From positions 220-64,219 of the forward strand of contig NZ_DATAGQ010000110.1 in NCBI RefSeq assembly GCF_036263595.1: DNA of 64,000 nucleotides, given 5' to 3'. Shown in pieces: positions 19,780 through 28,631 of this stretch. The notes below the pieces were generated by a model. The model was not told the DNA's origin, ran no database searches, and saw only the letters and a program-made list of their open reading frames with translations. The position numbers and the translations under genes are program-made. The stretch's first letter is position 1; the number at the start of each line of letters is the position of its first letter. Source of the stretch: Geminicoccus sp. GTDB taxonomy: Bacteria > Pseudomonadota > Alphaproteobacteria > Geminicoccales > Geminicoccaceae.

Positions 19780-20060
19780 GGTAGCCTCCACTGGTCAGTG
19801 ATCCGCCAGCCAACCGCCATCGGCCCGTAGAACGTGCGCTCGACCAGCTCGCGCTTGGCATAGCTTCTCAGGGCTTCCTCAACCCGCACAGCCAGGCGCA
19901 TCACAGCATCACGATCGAACGGGTTCAGCTTCAGCCGCAGCATCATGGCTCGCGTGACCTCGTGCGTGGTCATCGGCTGGTCGGCACAGCGCACGACCTC
20001 AAGCAGGCTACGGGCGAAGACGCGGCGCTTTATGCACACGTCGGGGTGGCGGTTGGCCAT
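19776..20060 (-). CDS. hypothetical small wHTH-like protein
   Basis: 94 aa from ATG 20060 (alternative TTG 20090). RVFARSLLEVVRCADQPMTTHEVTRAMM...VGWRI. There is no clear SD, and the gene lies just inside the right inverted repeat. Confidence 0.5.
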   Translation of the reverse strand: MANRHPDVCIKRRVFARSLLEVVRCADQPMTTHEVTRAMMLRLKLNPFDRDAVMRLAVRVEEALRSYAKRELVERTFYGPMAVGWRITDQWRLP

Positions 20061-20096
20061 GGATGGAAGTGTAGCGGGGAAGCCACACAAACGGCA

Positions 20097-20124
20097 TTCG
20101 GCACGAGGTGTGTTTGCTACCTAA
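20097..20124. repeat. right terminal inverted repeat
   Basis: TTCGGCACGAGGTGTGTTTGCTACCTAA is the reverse-complement partner of 16300-16328. Confidence 0.75.
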
Positions 20125-21064
20125 TACTGTGGAACTCCGGCAACTCGTCCAGGAACAAGACACCCTTGTGCGCCAGGCTGATCTCGCCCGGCCGCGCGTT
20201 GCTGCCGCCCCCCACCAGCGCCGCCATCGAGCTGCCGTGATGCGGGCTGCGGAACGGCCGCCGCCGGGTCAGCCTGCCGCCCTCCAGCCGCCCCGCGATC
20301 GACGCGATCATGCTGACCTCCAGCACTTCGGCCGGGTCGAGCGGCGGCATGATCCCGGGCAGCCGAGCCGCCAGCATCGACTTGCCCGAGCCGGGCGGCC
20401 CGCTCATCAGCAGGTGATGGTGCCCGGCCACCGCGACCTCGATCGCCCGCTTGGCGGTCTCCTGGCCCTTCACGTCCTTCAGGTCGGGATAGCCACCTTC
20501 CTCGCTCGCGAGCGCCGGCTCGGGCGGCGGCAGCCGGTGGACGCCGCGCAGGTGGTTGATCAGCGAGGAGAGCGACGGTGCCGCCACTACCTCGATCTCG
20601 CTGGCAAGCCATGCCGCCTCGCCGCCGCAGTCGCCCGGGCAGATCATCGCGAGCTTGCGCTCGCTGGCGGCCAGGGCTGCCGGCAGGACCCCTTGCACCG
20701 CGCGGATCGCCCCATCCAGCGCCAGTTCCCCCAGCACCAGGTGCCCCTCGATCGCCGCCGGCGGCAGCAGGCCCAGCACGACCATCAGCCCGAGCGCGAT
20801 CGGCAGGTCGAAATGGCTGCCTTCCTTGGCAAGGTCGGCCGGTGCGAGGTTGATCACGATCCTCTTTGGCGGCAGCGAGATCCCGAGCGTCCCCAGCGCG
20901 CCCCTCACCCGCTCGCGGCTTTCCGCCAGCGCCTTGTCCGGCAGCCCCACCAGCGTGAAGGCCGGCATGCCGCTGGCCAGCTGCACCTCCACATCGACGT
21001 CCCGCACCTCCAGCCCCGCGAACGCCACGGTCCGCACCCGCGCCATGGTGGTGGTCGCCGCCAT
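20117..21064 (-). pseudogene. comM: comM/yifB, 5' fragment (N-terminal domain plus Walker A/B); last 4 codons and stop supplied by the insertion
   Basis: [13 protein letters not shown]..., ChlI-type Walker [11 protein letters not shown] and Walker [11 protein letters not shown], then HSIR-stop read from the element end. Confidence 0.88.
20130..20141. repeat. 12-bp direct repeat, right copy (TGGAACTCCGGC)
   Basis: Identical to 16287-16298, and separated from the right inverted repeat by TACTG. Confidence 0.85.
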
Positions 21065-21269
21065 CGGGATCTCCTGCTCGGTGAGGAGGACGTAATGGCA
21101 CAGGACGGGGACATATTTCTACCTTAAGTTGATCTAGCGAACCAGCTTGCGCCTTTCTCATCACTTGGTTTGGTCGGGCCGGACCCGGCCATGACAACAG
21201 GGTGGTAAGGCGGGAGGGTGGTGCGCCGGTGTCAGGCGTCCGGCTTGCCAGATGACTTGAGGCTTGCAC

Positions 21270-22061
21270 CTATCCTCCTCTCTCCCGCCGCCTGAGCACC
21301 ACCCAGGCCACCGCCCCGCCCACCGTCGCCACCACGAACAGCACGCCCAGCGCCGCGATCGCGGGGGAGAGCCCGAAGCGCATCCGCGAGCCGATCTCGG
21401 CCGGCAATGTGTAGTCGCCGCCGATGGCGAACACGGTCGTGTTGTAGTTCTCGAAGGACTGCAGGAACGCGATCCCGCCTGCCGCCAGCACGGTCGGCCA
21501 CAGGAACGGCAGGGTGATCCGGCGGAACACGAAGGCAGGGTTGGCACCGAGGTCGAGGGCTGCCTCGTCCAGGGTCGGGTCGTAGCGGGCGAGACGCGCC
21601 AGGAACATCAGCATGCAGTAGGAGGTGATGAAGCTGGCTTGCGCGAGCGTGGCGAGTGTCAGGCCGGCGCCGATGCCGACCGGGCTCCAGAAGATCAGCG
21701 TGGACAGGCCCAGGATCAGGCCAGGTGTGAGGATCGGGCTCACCATGACGGCGTAGAGCAGGTTGGTGGCCTTGCCTTCCAGCCGGGACAGGATCGCCGC
21801 CCCTGCCAGGCCACAGGGGATCGCGATGGCGATGACGCCGGCTGCCACAAGGAAGGAATGCAGCACGCCCGTGCCGAGCCTGGCATCGGTGAACAGCGCG
21901 GCGAACCAGTGAAGCGTGAAGCCCTGCCAGCGGGTCACCGAGGGCTGCGGGTAGGCGTTGAAGGCGGCTGCCATCATCACGAGCAATGGTGCGGCCAGGT
22001 AGAGGAAGAACAGGACGAGATAGGCATCCAGCAGCGTGCGGCTGGCGCGTCCGGCGTTCAT
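21270..22061 (-). CDS. ABC transporter permease (PotC/PotI-like)
   Basis: Six-TM permease. Start placed at ATG 22061, overlapping the upstream permease stop (ATGA). It has an EAA-like loop region, DEAALDLGANPAFVFRRITLP. Confidence 0.85.
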   Translation of the reverse strand: MNAGRASRTLLDAYLVLFFLYLAAPLLVMMAAAFNAYPQPSVTRWQGFTLHWFAALFTDARLGTGVLHSFLVAAGVIAIAIPCGLAGAAILSRLEGKATNLLYAVMVSPILTPGLILGLSTLIFWSPVGIGAGLTLATLAQASFITSYCMLMFLARLARYDPTLDEAALDLGANPAFVFRRITLPFLWPTVLAAGGIAFLQSFENYNTTVFAIGGDYTLPAEIGSRMRFGLSPAIAALGVLFVVATVGGAVAWVVLRRRERGG

Positions 22062-23083
22062 CGGGCGATCTCCCGCAAGGAGACGCGCATCACCTTCATG
22101 ACGAGCAACACGAAGGCGAGGCAGGCGATCAACAGCGTGACGGCATAGGCGGCGCCGACATTCCACTGGTTGGCCTCATAGAACTGCCGGTAAACGAGCT
22201 GGGTGAACCAGTCGCCGCCGACGCCCCGGCTCATGATCCAGGGCACGGCATAGGAGCCGGCCGCCAGCATGAACACCATGATGCAGCCGATGGCGATGCC
22301 CGGCCGGCTGTGCGGGATCACCACGCGGCGGTGGATCTGCGGGATGCTCGCACCCAGGTCGCGCGCTGCCTCGACCTGGGACCGGTCCAGCGTTTCCATG
22401 GAGTTCAGCATCGGGAACACCATGAACAGCACGTAGGTGTAGACCATGGTGATGAAGACGCCGGAGCCCGTTTCGACGAAGGGCACGCCCGGCATGCCCA
22501 GGGCCTGGAGCAGCGTGTTCACCACCCCTTCCCGGTCGAGCAGGATCAGCCAGGCGAAGATGCGGAGCAGTTCGTTCACGGCATAGGGCACGATCAGGCC
22601 CATCAGCAGGATCGGCCCGCGCAGGCCGGGACCTGCCGTCGCCACCGCCCAGGCCACGGGATAGCAGACCACGAAGGCGATCAGCGTCACGGCCAGCGAG
22701 GCCGCCAGCGTCCAAAGGAAGATGCGCAGGTGCAGCCCGCTCATGCGCACGTAATTGGTCAGGCCCCAGGCGCGCACGGGTGCGGTGTCCAGTGTTTCCA
22801 GGCGCTGGATCTCGGCCTCGACGGCGGCAAGCTCCGTGTCACGCTCGGGCGACGGGTCCTCCAGCGACAATTCGGCCTGGCGGATCCAGGCCTGGTCGAG
22901 CTTCTGGACGGCATCCTGCGCGTCGGCCGGCTGCTCTTCCCACCAGAGCGAGCGCTCGATCATGGTGGCCTGGGGCAGGACGATCAGGCCCAGCACCCAG
23001 AAGGCGGCAAGAAAACAGGCGATCGTGGCCGGGACGATGCCCAGCTTCTGGAAGAGCTTGCGCATGAGGTATCCGGCGGCCAT
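22058..23083 (-). CDS. ABC transporter permease (PotB/PotH-like, with long N-terminal extension)
   Basis: Multi-TM protein with the EAA loop VEAARDLGASIPQIHRRVVIP; 341 aa. Confidence 0.85.
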   Translation of the reverse strand: MAAGYLMRKLFQKLGIVPATIACFLAAFWVLGLIVLPQATMIERSLWWEEQPADAQDAVQKLDQAWIRQAELSLEDPSPERDTELAAVEAEIQRLETLDTAPVRAWGLTNYVRMSGLHLRIFLWTLAASLAVTLIAFVVCYPVAWAVATAGPGLRGPILLMGLIVPYAVNELLRIFAWLILLDREGVVNTLLQALGMPGVPFVETGSGVFITMVYTYVLFMVFPMLNSMETLDRSQVEAARDLGASIPQIHRRVVIPHSRPGIAIGCIMVFMLAAGSYAVPWIMSRGVGGDWFTQLVYRQFYEANQWNVGAAYAVTLLIACLAFVLLVMKVMRVSLREIAR

Positions 23084-23131
23084 GCGGACAGGCCCGGACC
23101 ATGCCGGGCCTGTCCGCCGAAGCGACGTCGA

Positions 23132-24307
23132 TCAGGCGTTGGTGAACTTCTCGACGTACTCGGTGCGCAAGGCCGCGAAGAACGGCGTCTGCGGCGGCCA
23201 CCACCACAGATTGTCGATCGCCGCCTGGTCCGGATAGGCCATGGCGAACGCCGCCTTGTTCTCCTCGCTCAGGTGCTGGTCGGCACCCACGGCGCAGGAA
23301 TTGTAGCCGGTATTGTTGGAGAAGATGCCACCGGCCTCGGGGCTCAGCATGAAGTCGATGAAGGCATAGGCCTGCTCGACATTCTCCGCACCGGCCGGGA
23401 TGCCGATCGTGTCGGTCCAGGCAAGGCCGCCCTCCTTCGGCATGGAGTAGCGCCACTTGGAGCCGTTGTTGCGGTTCAGGAGAATGCCGGTCGTGTCCCA
23501 GGTCTGGCCGATCGTGCAGCCGGCATCGGTGAACGCCGAGGTCGCCTCGGTGGCATTGTTCCAGTAGGCGCAGATGATCGGCTTGCGCGCGATCGCCCAG
23601 TCGGTGACCTCGCTGAACACGCGCCGGCTGTCCGCCTCGGACTTCACCAGGTCCATGCCCCGGTCCGACTTCACTTCGCCGGTGCTGTCGAGATAGAGGG
23701 CAAGGCCCACCAGCACCGACTTCTGGCGCATGGCGACCTGCTTGGTCAGCCCTTCCTTCCACATGTCGCCATAGGAAAGCTCGCCGTACTTCAGGTCCGG
23801 GTGCTTCTCCGAGTCCCAGGTGATCGCCTCGGTGCCCCAGTCGAACGGGATCAGGTGGCGCTTGCCGCGATGGGTGGCGCCCAGGCGGACGGAGCTCTTG
23901 TAGATCGAGGGGATGACCTGCTCGACCTTGAACTTGGTCTCGTCGATGGGGGCGAGCAGACCGTCCTTGTAATAGTTCGGCCCGGTGTCGACCGAGGGGA
24001 ACACGATGTCGAAGCCCTTGCCGCCCGACGCCCGCAGCTTGTTCTCCAGCTCGTCGTTCGAGCCGTAGGTGGAGAGCTGGACCTGGATGCCGGTCTGGTC
24101 GGTGAACTTCTTGGCGAGGCCACCTTCGTTGAAGGTCTGCACGTAGTCGCCCCAGGCGAACACGTTGACCGTGCCGGAGCTGGCACGTGCCTTGCTCCCA
24201 GCGAATGGCGCAGCGACGAGCGCGGCACCGCCCGCGGCGGCGGCGCCGAGCAGCGTGCGGCGGCGGAACATGGCGGCGGCTTGGCCAGTCCTATTGGTCT
24301 CAGACAT
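23132..24307 (-). CDS. polyamine-type (PotD/PotF family) periplasmic substrate-binding protein
   Basis: Start at ATG 24307 (alternative 24271). It has a Tat-like signal (FRRRTLLGAAAAGGAALVAAPFAGSKARA). VNVFAWGDY..., the WDSE-type pattern and the length fit PotF/PotD-like binding proteins. Confidence 0.85.
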   Translation of the reverse strand: MSETNRTGQAAAMFRRRTLLGAAAAGGAALVAAPFAGSKARASSGTVNVFAWGDYVQTFNEGGLAKKFTDQTGIQVQLSTYGSNDELENKLRASGGKGFDIVFPSVDTGPNYYKDGLLAPIDETKFKVEQVIPSIYKSSVRLGATHRGKRHLIPFDWGTEAITWDSEKHPDLKYGELSYGDMWKEGLTKQVAMRQKSVLVGLALYLDSTGEVKSDRGMDLVKSEADSRRVFSEVTDWAIARKPIICAYWNNATEATSAFTDAGCTIGQTWDTTGILLNRNNGSKWRYSMPKEGGLAWTDTIGIPAGAENVEQAYAFIDFMLSPEAGGIFSNNTGYNSCAVGADQHLSEENKAAFAMAYPDQAAIDNLWWWPPQTPFFAALRTEYVEKFTNA

Positions 24308-24435
24308 GCATGATCTTTCGGCTATGCCCCGGGTGGAGCCCGCGCTGCCGGTGCCACGGCGCAGCGTCAGCCGTATGGCAGAAGCGAGGCGGAACGGTGA
24401 CGGCGCCTGGGGAAAACCCTTGACGACCACCATAG

Positions 24436-24455
24436 TGGATGACATCCATCATCCA
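24436..24455. promoter_or_regulatory. inverted repeat in a divergent promoter region
   Basis: TGGATGA-N6-TCATCCA (7-bp perfect arms) sits between the binding-protein gene and the divergent oxidoreductase gene. A TTGACG lies just upstream at 24419-24424. Confidence 0.3.
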
Positions 24456-24627
24456 GGAGCGCCTCAGTAGACCAGCAAGACGATGATCCAATGTTCACCG
24501 TCGTGGCTGGACTATCGGGCCATGCTCGCGCGCTTCCTCGAAGTCATGGCGGAACATGCAGCCTGCGGGCGCAAGTTCCGGCCAAGCATCTTCTGCTTCT
24601 GATTCTGGTCGATGGGAGTCGGAAAGG

Positions 24628-25941
24628 ATGCAGCGTTCGCCGCTCGAACCTTCGCTCTGGTACGCGACGGCGCCACCGGCGCCGCCGACCGATCCCATCG
24701 ACGGCGAAGTGACGGCCGATGTCTGCGTGGTCGGCGGCGGCTATACCGGCCTGTCGACGGCGCTGCATCTCGCCGAGAAGGGCGTGCGGGTCGTCCTCCT
24801 GGAAGCCAAGGAGATCGGCTTTGGCGGCTCCGGCCGCAATGCCGGCCACTGCACGCCGACCTTCCACTTCTATTCGATCCCGACCGTGCGCAAGATGCTG
24901 GGCCCGGTCTATGGCGAGCGCCTGGTGCAGCGGCAGACAAACGCCACCAATCTCGCCTTCGACATCATCCGCCGCTACGGCATCGACTGCGAGGGCGTGC
25001 AGAACGGCTACCTGATGGTCGCCCATGCACCCTCCAAGGTGAAGGTGCTTGAAGAAAAGCAGCGCACCTATGCGTCCGCGGGCAAGACCACGCATCTGCT
25101 GGACAAGGCCGAGACGGAGCGGCTGACCGGTTCGCCCCGCTACTACGGTGCCTGGCTGCATCCCGAAGGCGGCCATCTCAACCCCCTGGCCTATGCCCGC
25201 GGCCTGGCACGCGCGGTCATCTCGCAGGGCGGTGTCATCCACACCTACTCGCCCGTGAGGGGCATCGAGACTGCAGGCAAGCGCTGGCGCGTCGTGACGC
25301 CCACCGGGGCGGTCACGGCCGACAAGGTGGTGTGCGGCACCGGCGCCTATACTGACGGCTACTGGCCCGGCCTCGACAAGACCTTCACCATCCTCTCCGT
25401 CGCCATCCTCGCGACGCAGCCGCTCTCGGACAATGTCCGCAAGACAGTGGCGCCTGAGAACCACACGGTCGTCGAGACCCGCGACGACCCGATGATCTAC
25501 AAGTACAACAAGGACGGCCGCTTGGTCACCTCGGTGTTTGTCGAGGGGCGACGCGGGGACGACCACGACTACACGAAGAAGCTGACGGCCGAGAAGCTGA
25601 AGTGGATCCTGCCGCAGCTGAGCGAGGTCGACTTCCAGTACTACTGGACCGGCGACCTCGACATGCAGCCCAAGACCTTCCCTCGCCTGTTCGAGCTGGC
25701 GCCTGGCATCGTGGCTTCGCTCGGCTACTCCGGCCGTGGCGTCCCCACGGGCACCATGATGGGCACCGTGCTGTCGGAATGGGCGATGGGGGTGCCCAAG
25801 GAGGACCTGGCGCTGCCGCTGGAGCCGCTGGAAGCGGCGCCGCTCTATATGAAGTTCGTCCCGCGCCTGTTCCTGTCCGTCACGCGTGCCCGCGATCAGT
25901 GGGTCGCCAGGCGTGAGGGCGTGAACCCTCCGCCCTACTGA
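24628..25941 (+). CDS. FAD-dependent oxidoreductase (DAO family, PuuB/OrdL-like)
   Basis: ATG 24628 follows GGAAAGG. It has the dinucleotide fold DVCVVGGGYTGLSTALHLAEKG and GGSGRNAGH; 437 aa. Confidence 0.85.
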   Translation: MQRSPLEPSLWYATAPPAPPTDPIDGEVTADVCVVGGGYTGLSTALHLAEKGVRVVLLEAKEIGFGGSGRNAGHCTPTFHFYSIPTVRKMLGPVYGERLVQRQTNATNLAFDIIRRYGIDCEGVQNGYLMVAHAPSKVKVLEEKQRTYASAGKTTHLLDKAETERLTGSPRYYGAWLHPEGGHLNPLAYARGLARAVISQGGVIHTYSPVRGIETAGKRWRVVTPTGAVTADKVVCGTGAYTDGYWPGLDKTFTILSVAILATQPLSDNVRKTVAPENHTVVETRDDPMIYKYNKDGRLVTSVFVEGRRGDDHDYTKKLTAEKLKWILPQLSEVDFQYYWTGDLDMQPKTFPRLFELAPGIVASLGYSGRGVPTGTMMGTVLSEWAMGVPKEDLALPLEPLEAAPLYMKFVPRLFLSVTRARDQWVARREGVNPPPY

Positions 25942-25959
25942 CCGGCCGGAGGAAGTCCC

Positions 25960-26487
25960 ATGCCCGCCAGCGGCCGGATGGAGCCCAGGACCATCGACTA
26001 CTCGGACGTCTCGTTCGACGTGCTGGGCGATCTGCTGAGCTTCTATGCACGCAGCATGAGCATCGCGCTCAACCGCGACTACGACCAGGCGATCAGCCAG
26101 GTCGAGCTGGCGCACGGCACCGGCAAGGTCTCGGTGCTGCTGATGGTGCATGCCAACCCCGGCATCCGCCCCTCGGTAATCGCCCACTTCATCCAGCGCG
26201 ACCGCTCCGCGATGGCGCGGCTGCTCGAGCAGATGAAGGGCCATGGGCTGATCGAGCACAAGATCGACGCCGAGGAGCGCCGTGCCCACGAGCTCTATCT
26301 CACGCCCAAGGGCGAGAAGCTGGTGGACCAGGTGCGCCGGATCGCGCGCGAGCAGTCCGACCGCTTCTTCGGCGTCCTCGACAAGGGCGATCAGGCCCAG
26401 CTCCTGCGCATCCTGAAGCGGCTCTACGAGCACCATGTCTCGCCCCTGCCCAACCGACACGGCAACCCGTCGGAGGCCGCGGCTTGA
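25960..26487 (+). CDS. MarR family transcriptional regulator
   Basis: 175 aa winged-helix MarR pattern (RSAMARLLEQMKGHGLIEHKIDAEERRAHELYLTPKG). Confidence 0.85.
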   Translation: MPASGRMEPRTIDYSDVSFDVLGDLLSFYARSMSIALNRDYDQAISQVELAHGTGKVSVLLMVHANPGIRPSVIAHFIQRDRSAMARLLEQMKGHGLIEHKIDAEERRAHELYLTPKGEKLVDQVRRIAREQSDRFFGVLDKGDQAQLLRILKRLYEHHVSPLPNRHGNPSEAAA

Positions 26488-26497
26488 AGGGAATGTC

Positions 26498-27196
26498 ATG
26501 AGCAACGAGCGCGTCGTCCTGATTTCGGGCGGCAATCGCGGCATCGGTGCCGCCACCGCCCGGGAACTGGCGTCGAACGGCTGGAACGTCTCGATCGGCG
26601 TCCGCCGGCCGGACAGCGTGCCGGACGACCTGCGCGAGCGCTGCCACGTCCAGGCCTACGATGCTGCGGACAGGCAGAGCGAGGCTGCCTGGGTCGAGGC
26701 GGTGGCAGGACGCCATAGCCGGATCGATGCAGTGGTCGCCAATGCCGGGATCATGATCCCCAAGACCGTGATCGAGGCCGACGATTCGGATCTCGACGCC
26801 CTGCTCGACATCAACGTCAAGGCGCCGCTCCGCCTCGCCCGGGCTGCCTGGCCCTACCTCGTCGCATCCGGCCGCGGCCGCGTCGCGACGGTCGTGTCCC
26901 TTTCGGGCAAGCGGGTGAAGACCGCGCAGTCCGGCCTCTACTCGGTCAGCAAGTTCGCAGCGTTGGCCCTCTCCCATGCCATCCGCCAGGCCGGGTGGGA
27001 CCACGGGATCCGCTCGGTCGCGATCTGCCCGGGTTTCGTGGCGACCGACATGGCCTTCAGCGTCACCGACAAGGCCGCGAACGAGATGACCGACCCAAAG
27101 GACATCGCGCGGATCGTGGCGTTTGCGCTCGACCTGCCGAACACGGCCAGCGTTTCGGAGATTCCCATCAACTCGTCCCTGGACGATTCCTACTGA
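26498..27196 (+). CDS. SDR family oxidoreductase
   Basis: ATG 26498, a TGxxxGIG-type motif (ISGGNRGIGAATA), NAG, and the catalytic YSVSK; 232 aa. Confidence 0.9.
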   Translation: MSNERVVLISGGNRGIGAATARELASNGWNVSIGVRRPDSVPDDLRERCHVQAYDAADRQSEAAWVEAVAGRHSRIDAVVANAGIMIPKTVIEADDSDLDALLDINVKAPLRLARAAWPYLVASGRGRVATVVSLSGKRVKTAQSGLYSVSKFAALALSHAIRQAGWDHGIRSVAICPGFVATDMAFSVTDKAANEMTDPKDIARIVAFALDLPNTASVSEIPINSSLDDSY

Positions 27197-27227
27197 CCCT
27201 CAACACGCGGAAGAGCGAGTTCATTTC

Positions 27228-28556
27228 ATGGGACCTGTAGTCGACCCCGTCGAACCCAACGACAAGCTGCCGGAACGGGTGGACGTCGTCGTCATCGGCG
27301 GCGGCATCATCGGCACCTCGACCGCCATGTACCTGGCCGAGCGCGGCGTCTCCGTCGCCTTGTGCGAGAAGGGGCACATCGCCGGCGAGCAGTCGAGCCG
27401 GAACTGGGGATGGGTACGCAAGCAGGGCCGCGACCCGCGCGAGATCCCGCTCATCATCGAATCCCTGAAACTCTGGTCGACGCTGAACGAGAAGATCGGT
27501 GCCGAGACCGGCTTTCGAACGACCGGCATCATGTACGGCGCTCGCAGCGATGCCGAGATGGCCAAGCACGAGGAATGGCTGCAGCATTCACAGCCCTACC
27601 AGCTGGACACTAAGGCCATCGGCAAGGCCGAGTTCGAGAAGCTGATGCCGGGTTCGGACGGCAAGTTCGTGGGTGCGCTCTACACGGCCTCGGACGGGCG
27701 GGCCGAGCCGCAGAAGGCCGCCCCGGCCATTGCGCGCTACGCCCAGCGCATGGGTGCCTACGTGCTCACCAACTGCGCGGTGCGCACGGTCGAGCAGGCG
27801 GGCGGCAAGGTGTCCGGCGTGATGACCGAAAAGGGCCTGATCCCCTGTTCTCACGTGGTGCTGGCCGGTGGCGCCTGGTCGAACCTGTTCGCCGGCAATC
27901 TCGGCATCCGCCTGCCGCAGCTCACCGTGATCAACTCGGTGATGCGCACCGCGCCTTTGGAGAACGTCCCGGAGCACGCGCTCTGGGTCGGCGACTACGC
28001 CTTCAGGAAGCGGCTGGACGGCGGCTACACGATCGCGGACGGCAGCACCAACGTGCACGAGCTGGTGCCCAACAGCTTCAAGTTCATGAAGGAGTTCACC
28101 CCGGCCATCAAGCTGGAGTGGCGCTCCTACCAGATCGCGATGAACGGCCGCTTCATGCAGGAAGCCCGCTGGCCCAAGCGCTGGACCGGCGACCAGACCA
28201 CACCGTTCGAGCAGATCCGCGTGAACGACCCGGCACCGGTCGAGAAGGTCACGAGGCGCGCGCTCTCCAAGCTCACGGACAGCTTCCCGGCCTTCAAGGA
28301 CGCCAAGATCGTCCAGCAATGGGCCGGCCGCATCGACGTCACGCCGGACATCGTGCCGGTGATCTCGCATGTCGACAGCATACCCGGCTTCACCATCGCG
28401 ACCGGCTTCTCCGGCCACGGCTTTGGAATCGGGCCGGGTGCGGGAAAGCTCATCGCCGACATGGTGATGGGCAGGGATCCGGTGGTGGACCCGACGGCAT
28501 TCCGTCTGTCACGTTTCATGGACGGCAGCCCGATCGTTCCGATGGGCCATGCCTGA
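27228..28556 (+). CDS. FAD-dependent oxidoreductase (DAO family)
   Basis: ATG 27228, VDVVVIGGGIIGTSTAMYLAERG and a C-terminal GFSGHGFGIGPG; 442 aa. Confidence 0.85.
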   Translation: MGPVVDPVEPNDKLPERVDVVVIGGGIIGTSTAMYLAERGVSVALCEKGHIAGEQSSRNWGWVRKQGRDPREIPLIIESLKLWSTLNEKIGAETGFRTTGIMYGARSDAEMAKHEEWLQHSQPYQLDTKAIGKAEFEKLMPGSDGKFVGALYTASDGRAEPQKAAPAIARYAQRMGAYVLTNCAVRTVEQAGGKVSGVMTEKGLIPCSHVVLAGGAWSNLFAGNLGIRLPQLTVINSVMRTAPLENVPEHALWVGDYAFRKRLDGGYTIADGSTNVHELVPNSFKFMKEFTPAIKLEWRSYQIAMNGRFMQEARWPKRWTGDQTTPFEQIRVNDPAPVEKVTRRALSKLTDSFPAFKDAKIVQQWAGRIDVTPDIVPVISHVDSIPGFTIATGFSGHGFGIGPGAGKLIADMVMGRDPVVDPTAFRLSRFMDGSPIVPMGHA

Positions 28557-28631
28557 TCGTTTTCTGGCCGGTGCCGGCAACGACCGGCGTCGGCCTTGCA
28601 TCCCAAGGGGAAAGCAGAGGGGGATTTTCAC

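Larger units (their letters stand above)
16300..20124 (+). mobile_element. IS1595-family transposon-like element with passenger genes, about 3.8 kb, inserted in comM
   Basis: Bounded by imperfect inverted repeats and a duplicated comM 12-mer. The only recombinase inside is an IS1595-type transposase. Base composition is visibly AT-richer than the flanks. Confidence 0.7.
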
